From: Octopus vulgaris
Taxonomy: Eukaryota
DNA length: 64,000 bases
Assembly (NCBI GenBank): GCA_951406725.2
Contig: OX597826.1
Location: 3,596,001 to 3,660,000, forward strand
Direction: 5' to 3'
Shown here: positions 1 through 13,800 of the stretch, piece after piece
Position numbering within the stretch: the stretch's first letter is position 1
How the letters are laid out: every line of letters starts with the position of its first letter
Notes under the pieces: model-generated
Seen by the model: the letters and a program-made list of their open reading frames with translations, nothing else
Told to the model about the DNA's origin: nothing
Database searches by the model: none
Translations under genes and position numbers: made by a program

Positions 1-398
1 CTGTTGTTGTAAGCTGTATTGTTACTTTTGGAAAGTCTTTGTAATTATTTTCGTTATTCTGTCAAAATTCTGTAGCCACGATGACTCTGTTGTCGTTGAT
101 GTTATAATTGTTTTTATTTCTATAGTTTTTGCTGACGTTGTTCTTTTGGGACTTGTATATATTGTTTTATTTTTGTTATTCTTGCTGCCGTTGTTGCAAT
201 GTTGGCAGAAATGTAGGCAATCTAGAGAAAATACTTGTCTGTATGTAGCCCGTATTTGTGTTCAGAAATTCCGCCGAGGATACTGTGCTTCAGCAATGTG
301 GGGTCAATAAAATAAGTACGACAAGAGTACCACAGTGAATATATTAAAACAGCCTCCCTACCCCAAATCCATACTTTCTATATATATATATATATATA

Positions 399-802
399 CA
401 GGAGTGGCTGTGTGGTAAGTAGCTTGCTAACCAACCACATGGCTCCGGGTTCAGTCCCACTGCGTGGCATCTTGGGCAAGTATCTTCTGCTATAACCCCG
501 GGCCGACCAATGCCTTGTGAGTGGATTTGGTAGACGGAAACTGAAAGAAGCCTGTCGTATATATGTATTTATATATATATATATATATGTATGCGTGTGT
601 GTATTTGTGTGCCTATGTTTGTCCCCCTAGCATTGCTTGACAACTGATGCTGGTGTGTTTACGTCCCCGTCACTTAGCGGTTCGGCAAAAGACCGATAGA
701 ATAAGTACTGAGCTTACAAGTACGGGGTCGATTTGCTCGACTAAAAGCGGTGCTCCAGCATGGCCGCAGTCAAATGACTGAAACAAGTAAAAGAGTAAAA
801 GA

Positions 803-803
<1 letters not shown>
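399..803 (+). mobile_element. tRNA-derived SINE family A (CORE-like centre, CR1-derived 3' tail), full length
   Basis: A-box-like TGGCTGTGTGG, B-box-like GGTTCAGTCCC, CORE-like CTTGGGCAAGT, internal (TA)n/(TG)n, tail GCGGTGCTCCAGCATGGCCGCAGTCAAATGACTGAAAC-(GTAAAAGA)n. Similar copies recur across the window. Confidence 0.9.
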
Positions 804-847
<44 letters not shown>

Positions 848-1433
848 CCCACCGCCATCACAACTATCTTTCACACCACTTACCCTCACCGTCATCCCTG
901 ACCACTTTGGCTACCACGACGACGACCACCCCCACCACCATCACCGCCACCTCTGCCTCTTTCACGGCTACAGCTTATACTACTACCATCATCCCATTAC
1001 CATCACAAAAAGGCTAAGTGCGTATAAAGGAATTCTGTTAGTTCAGTATGTTGGTTCGATGTTTAAGCCCTCTTTCTCCCACATAAACACTTTTTCTCTC
1101 TCTCTTTCTCTTATTACTCTCACCATCCACACCACTACCTTTAATAAAACCATCATCAACTCTCTCTAAATTTCGTTCTTTCCCTCCGTTTTTCTTTCTT
1201 TCTTTATCTCTTTCTTTCTTTCTTTCGTTCTTTCTTTCTTTCTCTCTCTCTTTTTCTCTCTGTCTTCACCACCACCCTCACCGTCTGTATGCCTATTATT
1301 TCTCTCACCCCAGCATTAGCAATAGTAGAATTTTCAATCACTAGTGAGAAATGAGTCGAAGTGTGACACACTGACAAACAGAAATTAGTTTTCACATTTG
1401 TTATTTTGTTATTTTGATTATTAGTAATACTAA

Positions 1434-1621
1434 GGCGGCGAGCTGGTAGGTTCATTAAACGCTGCACAAAAAACTTGGCGGTATTTCGCCCGTCAATGCG
1501 TTCTGAGTTTAAATTCCGCCGAGGTCGACTTTGCCTTAAGTACCATTGAAATACTGGAATCGATGTAATCGACTTTTCGCTTCCACACATATTCCAGGTA
1601 TTGTGCCTTTGGTAGAAAAGA
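1434..1621 (+). mobile_element. SINE family B (Meta-domain-like), short-tail type
   Basis: GGCGGCGAGCTGG head and AAATTCCGCCGAGGTCGACTTTGCC core; followed by (GTT)n(ATT)n. Confidence 0.8.
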
Positions 1622-1642
1622 TTATTGTTGTTGTTGTTGTTG

Positions 1643-1725
<83 letters not shown>
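1622..1725. repeat. (GTT)n(ATT)n microsatellite; (TAA)n tail of the adjacent minus-strand Dong fragment
   Basis: Direct reading. Confidence 0.95.
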
Positions 1726-1728
<3 letters not shown>

Positions 1729-2277
1729 TGAGAGAGCAGTGCATCCCATCAAAGTGACACTGGGGTAATATATACGAAGCCCAGTATACCCATCATGACT
1801 ACTCGTCTGATAAGGGTACACTAGACACATGCATCACAACCATATGTGCGCGACATGGTGATCTCATATCAAGATAAACAGCACATGACCTTGCAGGTGG
1901 GGCCCACTTAGAATTTTCTTCTAGTCGAGTAGCCCATTCTGCTCAAAATGTCCTTGAATAAGGATTGTTTAAGGATGTTGAACGAAACACCCATGTTTCC
2001 AAAGGTGAATTATCCAAACCTCCAAGAATTCCTTTCAATACACGGCTAGGATGCTCCCCAACTACTTCTGCTCGTGGGCAGAGATGCACATATCGACAGC
2101 CACTGAGGGACATGGTCAACTGGTTAAGGCCAAACAAGTGAGAAGCAAATCTGTAGTATTGAGCAGAATATTTGCTGTAGCCCATCTTTTATATCATGAC
2201 AAAATAATGTACGTGATAACACTTCCAATCAGTTAAGATCAGAAGCCATGAGAGCCACTGCATGGAACTGCATCAGT
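1726..2277 (-). mobile_element. 3' UTR fragment of Dong/R4-clade LINE in a (TAA)n array
   Basis: Reverse complement of 34370-34850, which lies downstream of R4/Dong-like RT coding sequence; (TAA)n on both flanks. Confidence 0.8.
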
Positions 2278-2304
2278 ATAATAATATTATTGTTATTATT
2301 GTTG

Positions 2305-2350
<46 letters not shown>

Positions 2351-2352
2351 CA

Positions 2353-2429
<77 letters not shown>

Positions 2430-2430
2430 A
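2278..2430. repeat. (ATT)n microsatellite
   Basis: Direct reading. Confidence 0.95.
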
Positions 2431-2435
2431 TTAAA

Positions 2436-2620
2436 GCAGTGAGCTGGCAGAATCGTTAGCTGGCAGAATCGTCACTACGTTCTGAGTTCAAACTCCGCCG
2501 ATGTTGACTTTACCGTTCATCCTTGGTCGATAAATTACGTACCAGTTGAGTACTGGAGTCAATGTAATCGACTTAACCCCTCCTCCAATATTTCATGCCT
2601 TGTTCTTATACTAGAAAAGA
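2436..2620 (+). mobile_element. SINE family B, short-tail type, internally rearranged
   Basis: GAGCTGGCAGAATCG duplicated; TTCTGAGTTCAAACTCCGCCGA core; (TAA)n tail. Confidence 0.75.
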
Positions 2621-2707
2621 TAATAATAATAATAATAATAATAATTATTATTATTATTATTATTATTGTTATTGTTGTTATTATTATTATCATTATTATC
2701 ATTATTA

Positions 2708-2774
<67 letters not shown>

Positions 2775-3106
2775 CATATTATTATTATTAGCACAGCCAT
2801 CGTCATTAACCACGTCAGCTTACACTCGCACCTCATCATTATCATCATGATGATCAGAATCTTTTTCAGATTTTTTTCGTGATTGACATCTTCCTTTGCC
2901 TCGTTCTTCTCCATCCCCGCCTTAGTTCTATCATCATCAGCTGCAGCAGCAGTAGAACCTCTTCAGCACTCTGGAGCATCAGCATCAGATGACAAAGTCC
3001 AAAAAATGTGATTTAATTGATAGCAGCGTTCATTGATTAGGGTGATAAAATTATGAAGTCAGAAATCCCTATAGAACAATTTGGGAAAACAAACCGATCA
3101 CATCTT

Positions 3107-3144
<38 letters not shown>

Positions 3145-4053
3145 CCCTCCCCTTTTATCTCTGTCTCTCCCTCACCAAATTTCCTAACTTTCTCCCTTTC
3201 TATTTATCGCTCCCTCTCACAATCTGCTTTATCAATCCTCTGACTATCTCTCTCGCGCTCTCTCCCTGTCTCACCTCTCTATCTTACTCTCTCTAAGCAC
3301 AAAAAGCTAAAGAGTACATTCTTTGTTGAAATCAAGAAAGAATCTATACATTTGACATCTTTTGCGTGTAAAAAAAAAATGAAAAATAAATAAAATAAAC
3401 TCACAGAACAGACAACGCACAAAAAATTTACACCATATTTCGACGAATTATCAAAGTGATACACAATAAGGAATGTAACACGTATTCTAGAGCTTTCTTT
3501 TGCACAAAATTTATTTCCTATCTCCATCTTCATCTCCATCGCTCATCTTTATCTTCACTGTTTCCTTCCGACCTCGTTCATATCTAACTATCTTGACACT
3601 ATCTTTTTAATCTCCAGCTATATCGCTCCCATTATCTATTATTATCTCTCCATTTGCTTACTCCGTTTCAATACTTCTGCTCTCCATACACACTCGCTCA
3701 CTACATTACTCTCTCCTCTATATTACTCTCTATCACTCCTACACACATACACACATGATCTAATCCTCTCTCCCATTCACTCTCTCTCTCTCATGCCGGA
3801 ATTTGTATCTCGCTCTTTCTATTTATCTCGTGACATAACGTCACAAGTACGCTTAAATTCTTCTAATTGTTCGTATGTTGACATCTATATATTCATATGG
3901 CATATACATTCGCCTACACACAGACACACACATACACACACATACACACACACACGTGTTTTTCTGAGTGACTTTGTATAAATATACATACGAGTGTGTG
4001 CAAGTATGCATACATAAATACATACATACATATATATGTATCTATATATATAT

Positions 4054-4118
<65 letters not shown>

Positions 4119-5315
4119 CATATATATGTGTGTGTGCATGTTTATATATATGTATATATATACATATATATATGCATGTATATATATATATATATGTATA
4201 TATACATGTATATATATATGTATATATATACATATATATATATATAGGAGAGGAACTGTATGTGTGATTATATTTTCGTACGTATATTCTAAATTATAAA
4301 CACATTAGCAATACACACGCACACACACACACAGACACGCACACACAGAGACACAACCACGCACCCACAATTACATACACAGAAGCCCTCAAAAGCTCAG
4401 AGGCGGTACTGAAAGTCACGCACGCACACACGAACACTTTAGCTTTCTCGAGCGTTTGTGTTCATGGCTATATACATATTTATGTAGACATACACATCCA
4501 AGCTTCCACCCCCACCCCCACAGACTTCCCCCCACACACACACAAACACACAGACATATATATATATATATATGGGTATTTGTATATACACGCATATACA
4601 TGTGTGTGCCTGTGTGTGGATGTAAATATTCATTTATATATATTTGTGTGTATATGCGTGTGTGCGTGTGTCTATGCGTGTATGAGTGTGTGTGTGTGTG
4701 TGCATGCACAATTTGAAACAAAACGGAACATGGATATGTGAATTGCACCTGTGAGATAATAATGACAATGATAATTTTAACTGTCATTTTTATAAATATA
4801 ATCTGTCTCCGGGAATTCTACCTTCATTATAAGCGCTATTTTTTCTATCCTTGCTTTAAATTTATGTTCGTGTTATTGCTTTCATCAGTGATGTTACGTA
4901 CTTTACAAAGTTAGAATAGCAATTTCAACCTACTTCTTGTTCATATGACTAAGATGCGGTGGGGGAGAAATATAGCTCCTTTCTATGTCAAACTGCATAT
5001 ATGACAGCCAATGTGTGGTTTGATGTATGTACGTATGTATAGCATTAAATAATTATATATATACATATAGGTAGATAGATAGATAGAAGGGGAGAGAGAG
5101 AGGCGTGAGAGAGAGGTACATGTATATATATATAGAGAGAGAGATAGAGAGATATATATATACATATATCTATATATATAAGTGTATGTATGTATGTATA
5201 TATGCGCATATTTATCTCTCTATCTCTATCTCTCACGGTCTCTTTATACATACATATACTTATATGTATGTGTATATTTATATATATAAATGTATATATA
5301 TATATATATACATAC

Positions 5316-5447
<132 letters not shown>

Positions 5448-5535
5448 GGTAGGTGGAGAGATTCTCAGATAGACATATATGAATATGCTGATCGTTACAG
5501 TAACAGATAGACAGATATTCAGATATATAGAGAGT

Positions 5536-5579
<44 letters not shown>

Positions 5580-5767
5580 TATAAGCATATGTGGGCTTGT
5601 GTGTGTGTGTGTATGTCTGTCTGTGTGTGCATGTGTGTGTGCGTCTGTGTATGTGTGTATACGTGTGTGTGCGTGTGTGTATGTACTGAAGTTATTAACT
5701 AAATGTTATACACGTTTTTTTATTAAAACGCATTTTTCTTAATTAATGCCAATAAATGTGAATGTAC

Positions 5768-5824
<57 letters not shown>

Positions 5825-6229
5825 CCAGATAACATCTACTTAAAAAATTACTCTATATTTATTTATTTTACCCACACTTTCTTAGTCTCGCTTTTACACG
5901 TGCTATTTATCCTCTCTACCTCTCCTTCTTAGTTTGAGCGGTCTTCCGTCGTTTTAGACGATGCAATCCCATTCGTTTTTAAATGTCCTTGTGATGATAT
6001 TTCGCATGTTAGCTACTATTTAGTGTACTAAATGGTTTAACTATAACCCCGATTAGAATTTCGTTTAATAAACCGTTCATATATGTCCGAAGTAGTGTGA
6101 AAATATTTTCCACAGTTTTTACCGTATCTCTTGCATATGCAGCGAAACAGGTGTACGTCGTACAGTTTGTATCCTCGTATATTTTATGCATTATTTACAT
6201 CTAAGAATGTCTTTTCTTCTATCATTTAT

Positions 6230-6592
6230 CATTCACTTGTTTCAGTAAGTGGATTGCATCCATGATGAGGTGCCACCTGGAAGGTCATAGCTGTACTACA
6301 TTTTAACACTTGGAATTTATTCTAGTAGTCATTTTGTCGAACATCTATGTTATGAAAATGGAAGCATTCTCACATTGATCATCAATCGGTGGTAGGCTGA
6401 CACACCGGAAGACATGCATGCATACACATGAACATAGAAACACACAAACACAGACATTGGACGCTGATGAAAGGAAAGAAAGAAGGAGGGTTTAACGTTT
6501 CGAACGGAGCTATACGTCAGAAACATAGGAAAAGGAAAGTTCCAAGGAAACGAAGACGGAGGAAAAAAATCGCCATCGATACACACGCGGTC

Positions 6593-6634
<42 letters not shown>

Positions 6635-6815
6635 CATACAGATATGTATGAACTCATACAGACATACGACTGGCTTCCGCACAATCTCTGCCTACTAAAT
6701 TGACTGGCGTGGCATTGATCGGCTAAGAGTGATAGTCGAAATCACTTATTTAAAGTACTACACAGTGAGGCTGAAGCTGATTTCAAGAGGTTGCAAACAA
6801 GATTCTTAACCACAG
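6230..6815 (-). mobile_element. old degenerate SINE family A copy interrupted by a hammerhead-bearing element
   Basis: Decayed matches to the family A tail (CTTGTTTCAG..CCATG) and head (CTTAACCACAG). Confidence 0.55.
6457..6595 (-). mobile_element. hammerhead-bearing short element family H1 (Penelope pLTR/retrozyme-like), partial
   Basis: Minus strand reads gttt-CTGACGT-atagctccgttc-GAAA-cgtt-aaac; homologous to 18535-18748, 19260-19473 and 60378-60587. Confidence 0.7.
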
Positions 6816-7552
6816 AACGTTTTAATTGTGTTTTTGTCGACTTTTTACTTCTTTCTTTCCCCGATAAATTTTTAACACTTGGCAGGCGAGATACTCTTCA
6901 CAGAGGTTAATGGATCTATGTCAGAATGTATTATTTGCACATAGAATTAACGTCAGAGATTTTGTATTCTGCAGATACGTGTGTCCTTAATGTAAATCCC
7001 AGTCCTAAGTAACATGCCGCAAGATATGTAGTTAAATTATCTTCACAATCCTTCCGACCATTTCCAACAAAGTCCCCATTCATATGAAGGCATGGGTCGA
7101 TCAGAGACTTAAGAAATTACACTAAATGCGGCGCAAGCTAAGCGAATCGCACAAATTCTTGACACACTTTCGTATGTTCTCTCTTCATTGTTAATCATTG
7201 ATATTTAGAAAAATTATGCCTTCCTAACGAATTGTCTGACATCTGAGTCGTGTCTCAAGCCACCAGTTTCCCGCCACATAAAACGAACTTTCTTTTCTCC
7301 TAACCCGGCAAATGTCTCTACTTTTCTTTCGGAATCACTAACAATTTTCTTCAGGATTTTGTTGAATTTCTTCTACAACGAAGCAACATAAAGATTCGTG
7401 GATAAACACTTTGTGTATATCATTCAGAAGTTACATGCGTTATATATGCACATGTGAGTGTGTGAGCGCACGCATCTCTACCTATTCAAGTATGTTCATA
7501 TACGTGTGTTTGTGTGTATATGTGTGTTTGTGTTTGTGTGTATGTGCAGGTG

Positions 7553-7606
<54 letters not shown>

Positions 7607-8549
7607 ATTTTATATATGTATATATGCATTTATTTCTTATGTATACATAGATTGATGGAAAGGTAGAGAGCGATATACAGATATAAAAAAAAATACTGCA
7701 GAATCAGCCATAGATTATGTAACATGAAAATATGTCAGTGTTCCTATAAATAATTAATTGCATAAACTCATGTGAAAAGTATGTTGTCCGCCCAGTATTA
7801 AACTATATTATATATAAACATAGATAAAGCATACATCGGTCTTGTGTTTTGGTGTTTTTTATGTTTAGTTAGAGAAGAGAAACATCAGTCATAAACTTCG
7901 CAACAACCGCTGCAAAACTGCTGATGAGAGCGAGGATGAATATGTGGTTGATGTGGTTTGTGTCCGGTCTTTTGTGTGTCAACTTCTACATGAAAACTGT
8001 TAACTACGCTTCTAGTTATGAAGCCGATGTAAACTGGAGTCACTCGTAGTCAGAAAAAGCTAGGAAGGTGTGTGTATATAGCTAGAGTAGCAGTAAGAGT
8101 TATAGCAATGTTAAGAATATGAAAATAAAAGAAACATGGCGTATCTAACCGATTTTCTCTAAATATGAAAACGAAATATTTAAAAATTAAAGCAGTCCCA
8201 CAAAACACTGAAAGGTATAAGAGCAGCATCTTTTCATGTTATAACCTTGAGTTCTACCGGGATTAAAGCAATGACGTAGTTGCGTTAAAAACACACGAGC
8301 AGTAAAATAAACGCGCCTATATACATTTTATATGATAGGGCGATGAACTAGTTTTAAACAATTCGACAAACGTTGCATGGTTCGTGTAGCATAGTTAAAC
8401 ACACCCAGAGTTGTGACTAGTATTGAAATTCCCGACATGTAAGAATTAGAGTCTTTTTCATGTTATAAACGACGAGTGTTTCTGCTGCACGAAAAAGTTA
8501 TTAATGTCATAATAATTGAGTTTCAGTGAGATCCTGTCTGATATTGTGA

Positions 8550-9780
8550 GCCCTAAGATTGTTAAAGAATTTCTGGGCGTTAGCTGTGAAGTAATGTTCT
8601 ATGAAACATGAAATTATTGTGCCTTGATAATATGACAATGCAGCGTATGTTAGGGGACAGGTATGCGTCGATAATGCTTATGTGTGGAAGGTAAAGGCAC
8701 TTGCCGAAGACGTTTATACGTGGTTAAAATTGAACAATTAGCGAGTCGTTAATTTACACAAGAATATAAGCAACTGAATATCTTGAGATTATAAACATTT
8801 GATTGACATATACAATAAAGGATCTGCTTATAAAATAAAGTGTGAACCCAAAACAATAGTTCGGATCTAAGAATGCAGATACGGGTAGAGCTCACCGGAG
8901 AATGAGTTGACCTCATTGTTAAATTATATCCCCCTCCTTCATCCATATCTCAAAGCGTTCAATTATTACTACAATGGATACAGATGATAAGAAAAGCAGA
9001 CACAATATAATATCAATATAATTATATTTTCCCCTTGATGAACTGAAATTAAAACTAAAAAGCCATATTTTCTCAGATATATTGAAAAAAATCGTCGGCA
9101 AGAAAGAAACGCTGTCGATATTAGCTACGCTTTGTAAAAATTATGTAAACTCCATAGTCAGAACAGTTTCTGTGGCGTAGAGAAATGATGAGATTACTTT
9201 AGCTTATACTAGCAGTATCGCCCGGCGTAGCTCGGGTTTGTTTCGACCCTTTAGAATTGAAATTTTTAAAAAGTAAAATGTTGCATTATGTAGCTTGTTA
9301 TTCTCTTTTAGTGAATATTTTTCTGGTGGAAATATGGCGACATAGCAGTCAAAAAATTGTAAAAAAATAGGGATTTTCATAGAAAAAAGCCCCTTTTTGA
9401 TGTAAATACTTTTTGGTGTTAACATGGTCCGATTTGTATTTTTTCTTCTACGGAAGCAAGAGCAAGCCTTCTTCTATCATACTATCAATTTTGGTCAACT
9501 TTTGCCGCAGGGTCTCGGAGGAGATAGTGTTAGTTGAAGGCTACCAAATATGTCATACACAGACAACTTCAGCTTTATATATAGAGAGATGTAACACGTT
9601 GAATGGATAAGGAGATCCTTAGTTATTGAGAAGGGGGCAAAAAGAACAAATGACGTCCAGGGCGTGATTGTTTATGATCGGTCGAATTATATCCGTTTGA
9701 ATTCATGGGGGTGGAAGACAATGAAAATATAAATTTAAAGGAGTCATATGAGATTATAAGACATAATATAGAGTGCATCT
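8550..9780 (+). pseudogene. heavily decayed piggyBac-like transposase remnant, interrupted by a Helitron
   Basis: Ordered motif remnants across frameshifts: KEFLGV, CVDN, VWKVKAL, then an MGGVD-like FMGV..N..L.ESYEI after the Helitron. Confidence 0.4.
9209..9589 (-). mobile_element. non-autonomous Helitron
   Basis: Minus strand A|TCTCTCTATAT...CCCGAGCTACGCCGGGCGATACTGCTAG|T: 5' TC, subterminal GC hairpin, 3' CTAG, AT target, no TSD. Confidence 0.85.
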
Positions 9781-10589
9781 TTAGAAAATAATACGACACA
9801 CCTATGCAGTTATTTGCAAATGCACCTATATCTCTCTGGCGACATTTACACGAACAAACACACACTTATATATACATATAAATACACACACATACGTATA
9901 TATGTATATACATATATCTATATATATATATATAAGTATATGTGTGTATATATATGTGTGTGTATGTGTGTGTGTATATATATACGCATACAGACACACA
10001 TTTATACACACACACAAACATATATATATATGTGTGTATGTGTGTGTTTATGTGTGTGTGTGTGTATTTGTTTTTCACTAAAATGGTTGGCTGTGAAATT
10101 TCTGCTCAGTCACTTACGTCTAACTGTTCTTTATATATAATTATCTGTGGCAACAAATATTTATACATACATATCTGTGCACGTATTTGAATGTTTGTGT
10201 TTTTGTTTGTGTTAGTTTGTATGTGTAACTGTTTCATTTCTAGAAGCAGTAAACTGTGATTCAGTAACACTATGCTCAAAAACTTTGGAAGCTTCATTTA
10301 AAACCATTATATTCACGGCGTGACTTCTATAGCATACAACACTATCCTGGCTGAATATGTTGATCCACCCACTTTTAAGAAGCAGTGTCTGAGATGATGG
10401 AAAATTTGAGTGCTCGTGACATTTATATATACACATATTACAGTATATGCATACATATGTGCGTGCGTGCGTTTGTATAGTATGTCTCCAATAACTGTAT
10501 ACGCACATTGCATAATTATATAGAAGTGTATATCAAGATACGTTTCATTGACAAACTTTGATGAAAACTAGTGGTTCAGTATATAACTT

Positions 10590-10880
10590 TTATGAATACC
10601 TTGTTTCAAACAGTCGCCTTTTTCGTTCCAGGCACTGATAATAATGCAAACAAGCGAATAACAAGCATCAGAAACGTTCCCTATTTGTGGGCATTCACAT
10701 TGAATGGCAGCCCTCAATTCGTCAAATATCGAAGGTTTTGTACGGTGAAATTTATCGTTTATGTATTCCCATGAAAAGATACACAAATGTGAGTTAGATA
10801 TTCTAATTCACTTCTTCACCCGAGCCAACTGTTAAGCAAAATGTTGGACTCCAAGATTATAGCCGAGATGGTAGTTATGT
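10590..10880 (-). pseudogene. decayed mariner/Tc1-superfamily transposase C-terminus (DD41D/rosa-like)
   Basis: FSWEYINDKFHRTKPSIFDELRAAIQCEC resembles FLWGYLKDKVY.TKP.T.DELRAAIE.EC. Confidence 0.6.
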
Positions 10881-11029
10881 GGCCATAGCAGATTTCCGAT
10901 GCAGTGGATATATAATTGTTAAACAGGACCACAAACATTAAGGGAACGCAATCATCTCAAGTCTTATTTTATACGACTTGAAATGTTTGTCTTACCTTAG
11001 AGTTTGTTGTATTGTTTACCAATTATATA

Positions 11030-11133
<104 letters not shown>

Positions 11134-11702
11134 TGTGTATAAAGAGATGTGCACAAAGTGAAGACCCATGGAAGGACTTTTTACATGCTGAAAAGGGCAG
11201 TTTAACCCAAACCACGAAAAAAAAAAACAAACAATTCTAACGGCACGCCGGTAAATCACTACAATGAAAGGGAGTATTATTTATGGATAATCCCCTACTC
11301 GAGGTCCCCTCTTAATGAACAAATAAATTAATTTCTCACCCGTAGTTCATCAGTGGCATCGCTAAAACTTTGCATACTTATAAAGCTTAATAGGTACAGA
11401 AAAACACACGTGCGAGCTGCAACCTTATAATTTTCATAGATTTAAATGAAGTGCGCAGGCGCATTTACATTCCCAGCAGAAAATAATTAATTTTAAAGCT
11501 GCGTACTATAAGTGTCAGAATTAGGAAGTTTTACTGTGTAAATCATAAGGATAAAAGTCAGAATAATTTATTACCAGTGGTTCGCATGCGTGAAGAAATT
11601 CACAAGACAACATATTTTCATACAGATATATATATACGAAGAGAAAACACATGCCAGGACTTCTTACATGCTAAAATGGACAGTTAAACCCTTGTATATC
11701 TA

Positions 11703-11779
<77 letters not shown>

Positions 11780-11800
11780 CTCTCTCTATATATATATATA

Positions 11801-12205
11801 CTCTTTACTCTTTTACTCTTTTATTTGTTTCAGTCATTTGACTGCGGCCATGCTGGAGCACCGCCTTTAATCGAGCAACTCGACCCCGAAACTTATTCTT
11901 TTGTAAGCCCAGTACTTATTCTATCGGTCTCTTTTGCCGAACCGCTATGGAACGGGGACATAAACATACCAGCATCGGTTGTCAAGCAATGCTAGGGGAA
12001 GAAACACAGACACACAAACACACACGCGCATATATATACATATATACGACGGGCTTCTTTCAGTTTCCGTCTACGAAATCCAATCACAAGGCTTTGGTCG
12101 GCCCGAGGCTATAGTAGAAGACACTTGCCCAAGGTGCCACGCAGTGGGACTGAACCTGGAACAATGTGTTTGGTAAACAAACTACTTACCACACAGCCAC
12201 TCCTG
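11801..12205 (-). mobile_element. SINE family A, full length
   Basis: Reverse complement of the 399-803 family. Confidence 0.9.
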
Positions 12206-12244
12206 TATATATATATATATATATATATATACCACACAGCCACT

Positions 12245-12285
<41 letters not shown>

Positions 12286-12405
12286 AGAAAAGTTGCTAGT
12301 TCTAAGATCTCTATAAGAGATTTTACAACTAAAATATCTAGCAGAGGATGGTCTATGCAGAACAACGAAGTTCAGTTAATAACAACCATTACTTGTATAT
12401 ATGTA

Positions 12406-12450
<45 letters not shown>

Positions 12451-12662
12451 ACATATATATATATACATATATACACCCACATATATACACACTCACACAT
12501 ATATATATATATTTCTATGTATATACGTATATATATATATGTATATATAATTAAAAACATATTTATTCATCTATATAAATATGTAAATATACATAGATAT
12601 ATACGCACATATATACGCAGAGATATGTTAGCATATATCTTTCCAGACATAGACAGATGTAC

Positions 12663-12756
<94 letters not shown>

Positions 12757-12765
12757 GTAGGTAGA
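12663..12765. repeat. (GATA)n microsatellite
   Basis: Direct reading; similar arrays at ~11700, 15730, 22280, 43550, 47227 and 54477. Confidence 0.95.
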
Positions 12766-13140
12766 TTTATGTGTTTCGGGGTTTTGGGGGTAGGGGAAAC
12801 GTGGGCGAAGTAAGACAAATTTATGCAATGAATTATTGAAAGCGAGTCCCGCCAGAATTATATATCAGGTCAACCAGTACAAAATAACACATTTCATTTC
12901 CTCCCTCGCTAGACAAAATTCAAGAATAAAAACAAATATGCTGTCATAAACTTTGGGTCGGCCCCCATTTCTTCCTCGCATATATTTAAAACATATAGAG
13001 TAACATCAATAGCAACATCAACGTCATATAGAAACTACTAGAGGTTGCACATCTGCAATGCAAATAGAAACATGTATATGTGTATATAAATATAAGTTTA
13101 TGGACAGACACGTATGTTTTTGTGTATATATTTATAAAGA

Positions 13141-13535
13141 CGCAAGAGTGGCTGTGTGGTAAGTTGCTTGTATACCAGCCACATGGCTCCGGGTTCAGTC
13201 CCACTGCATGGCACCTTGGGCAAGTGTCTTCTACTATAGCCTCGGGCCGACCAAAGCCTTCTGAGTGGATTTGGTAGACGGAAACTGAAAGGAGCCCGTC
13301 GTATATGTGTATATATTTATGTATGTGTATCTTTATATGTTAGTGTGTCTGTGTTTGTCCCCCCAACATCGCTTGACAACCAATGCTGGTGTAACTTAGC
13401 GGTTCGGAAAAAGAGACCGATAGAATAAGTACTAGGCTTACAAATAATAGGTCCTGGTTTCGATTCGCTCGACTAAAAGGTGGTGCTCCAGCATGGCCAC
13501 AGTCAAATGACTGAATCAAGTAAAAGAGTAAAGAG
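13141..13535 (+). mobile_element. SINE family A, full length
   Basis: Same head, centre and tail as 399-803. Confidence 0.9.
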
Positions 13536-13569
13536 TATACATGTATATATTTGTATATATATGTTTGAA

Positions 13570-13800
13570 GGTGACGAGCTGGCAGAAACGTTAGCGCGCC
13601 GGGCGAAATGCTTAGCGGTATTTCGTCTGTCGTTACGTTCTGAGTTCAAATTCCGCCGAGGTCGACTTTGCCTTCCTTCCTTTCGGGGTCGATAAATAAA
13701 GTACCAGATTCGCACTGGGGTCGATGTAATCGACTTAATCCCTTTGTCTGTCCTTGTTTGTCCCCTCTTTATTTAGCCCCTTGTTGGCAGTAAAGAAATA
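13570..13800 (+). mobile_element. SINE family B, long-tail type
   Basis: Core GCCGAGGTCGACTTTGCCTT..CCTTTCGGGGTCGATAAA..AAGTACCAG (Meta-domain-like); tail TTTGTCTGTCCTTGTTTGTCCCC...GTAAAGAAATA. Confidence 0.9.

Noticed and set aside
5870-6220. Possible decayed GIY-YIG (Penelope) C-terminus
   Set aside because: Catalytic motifs not readable
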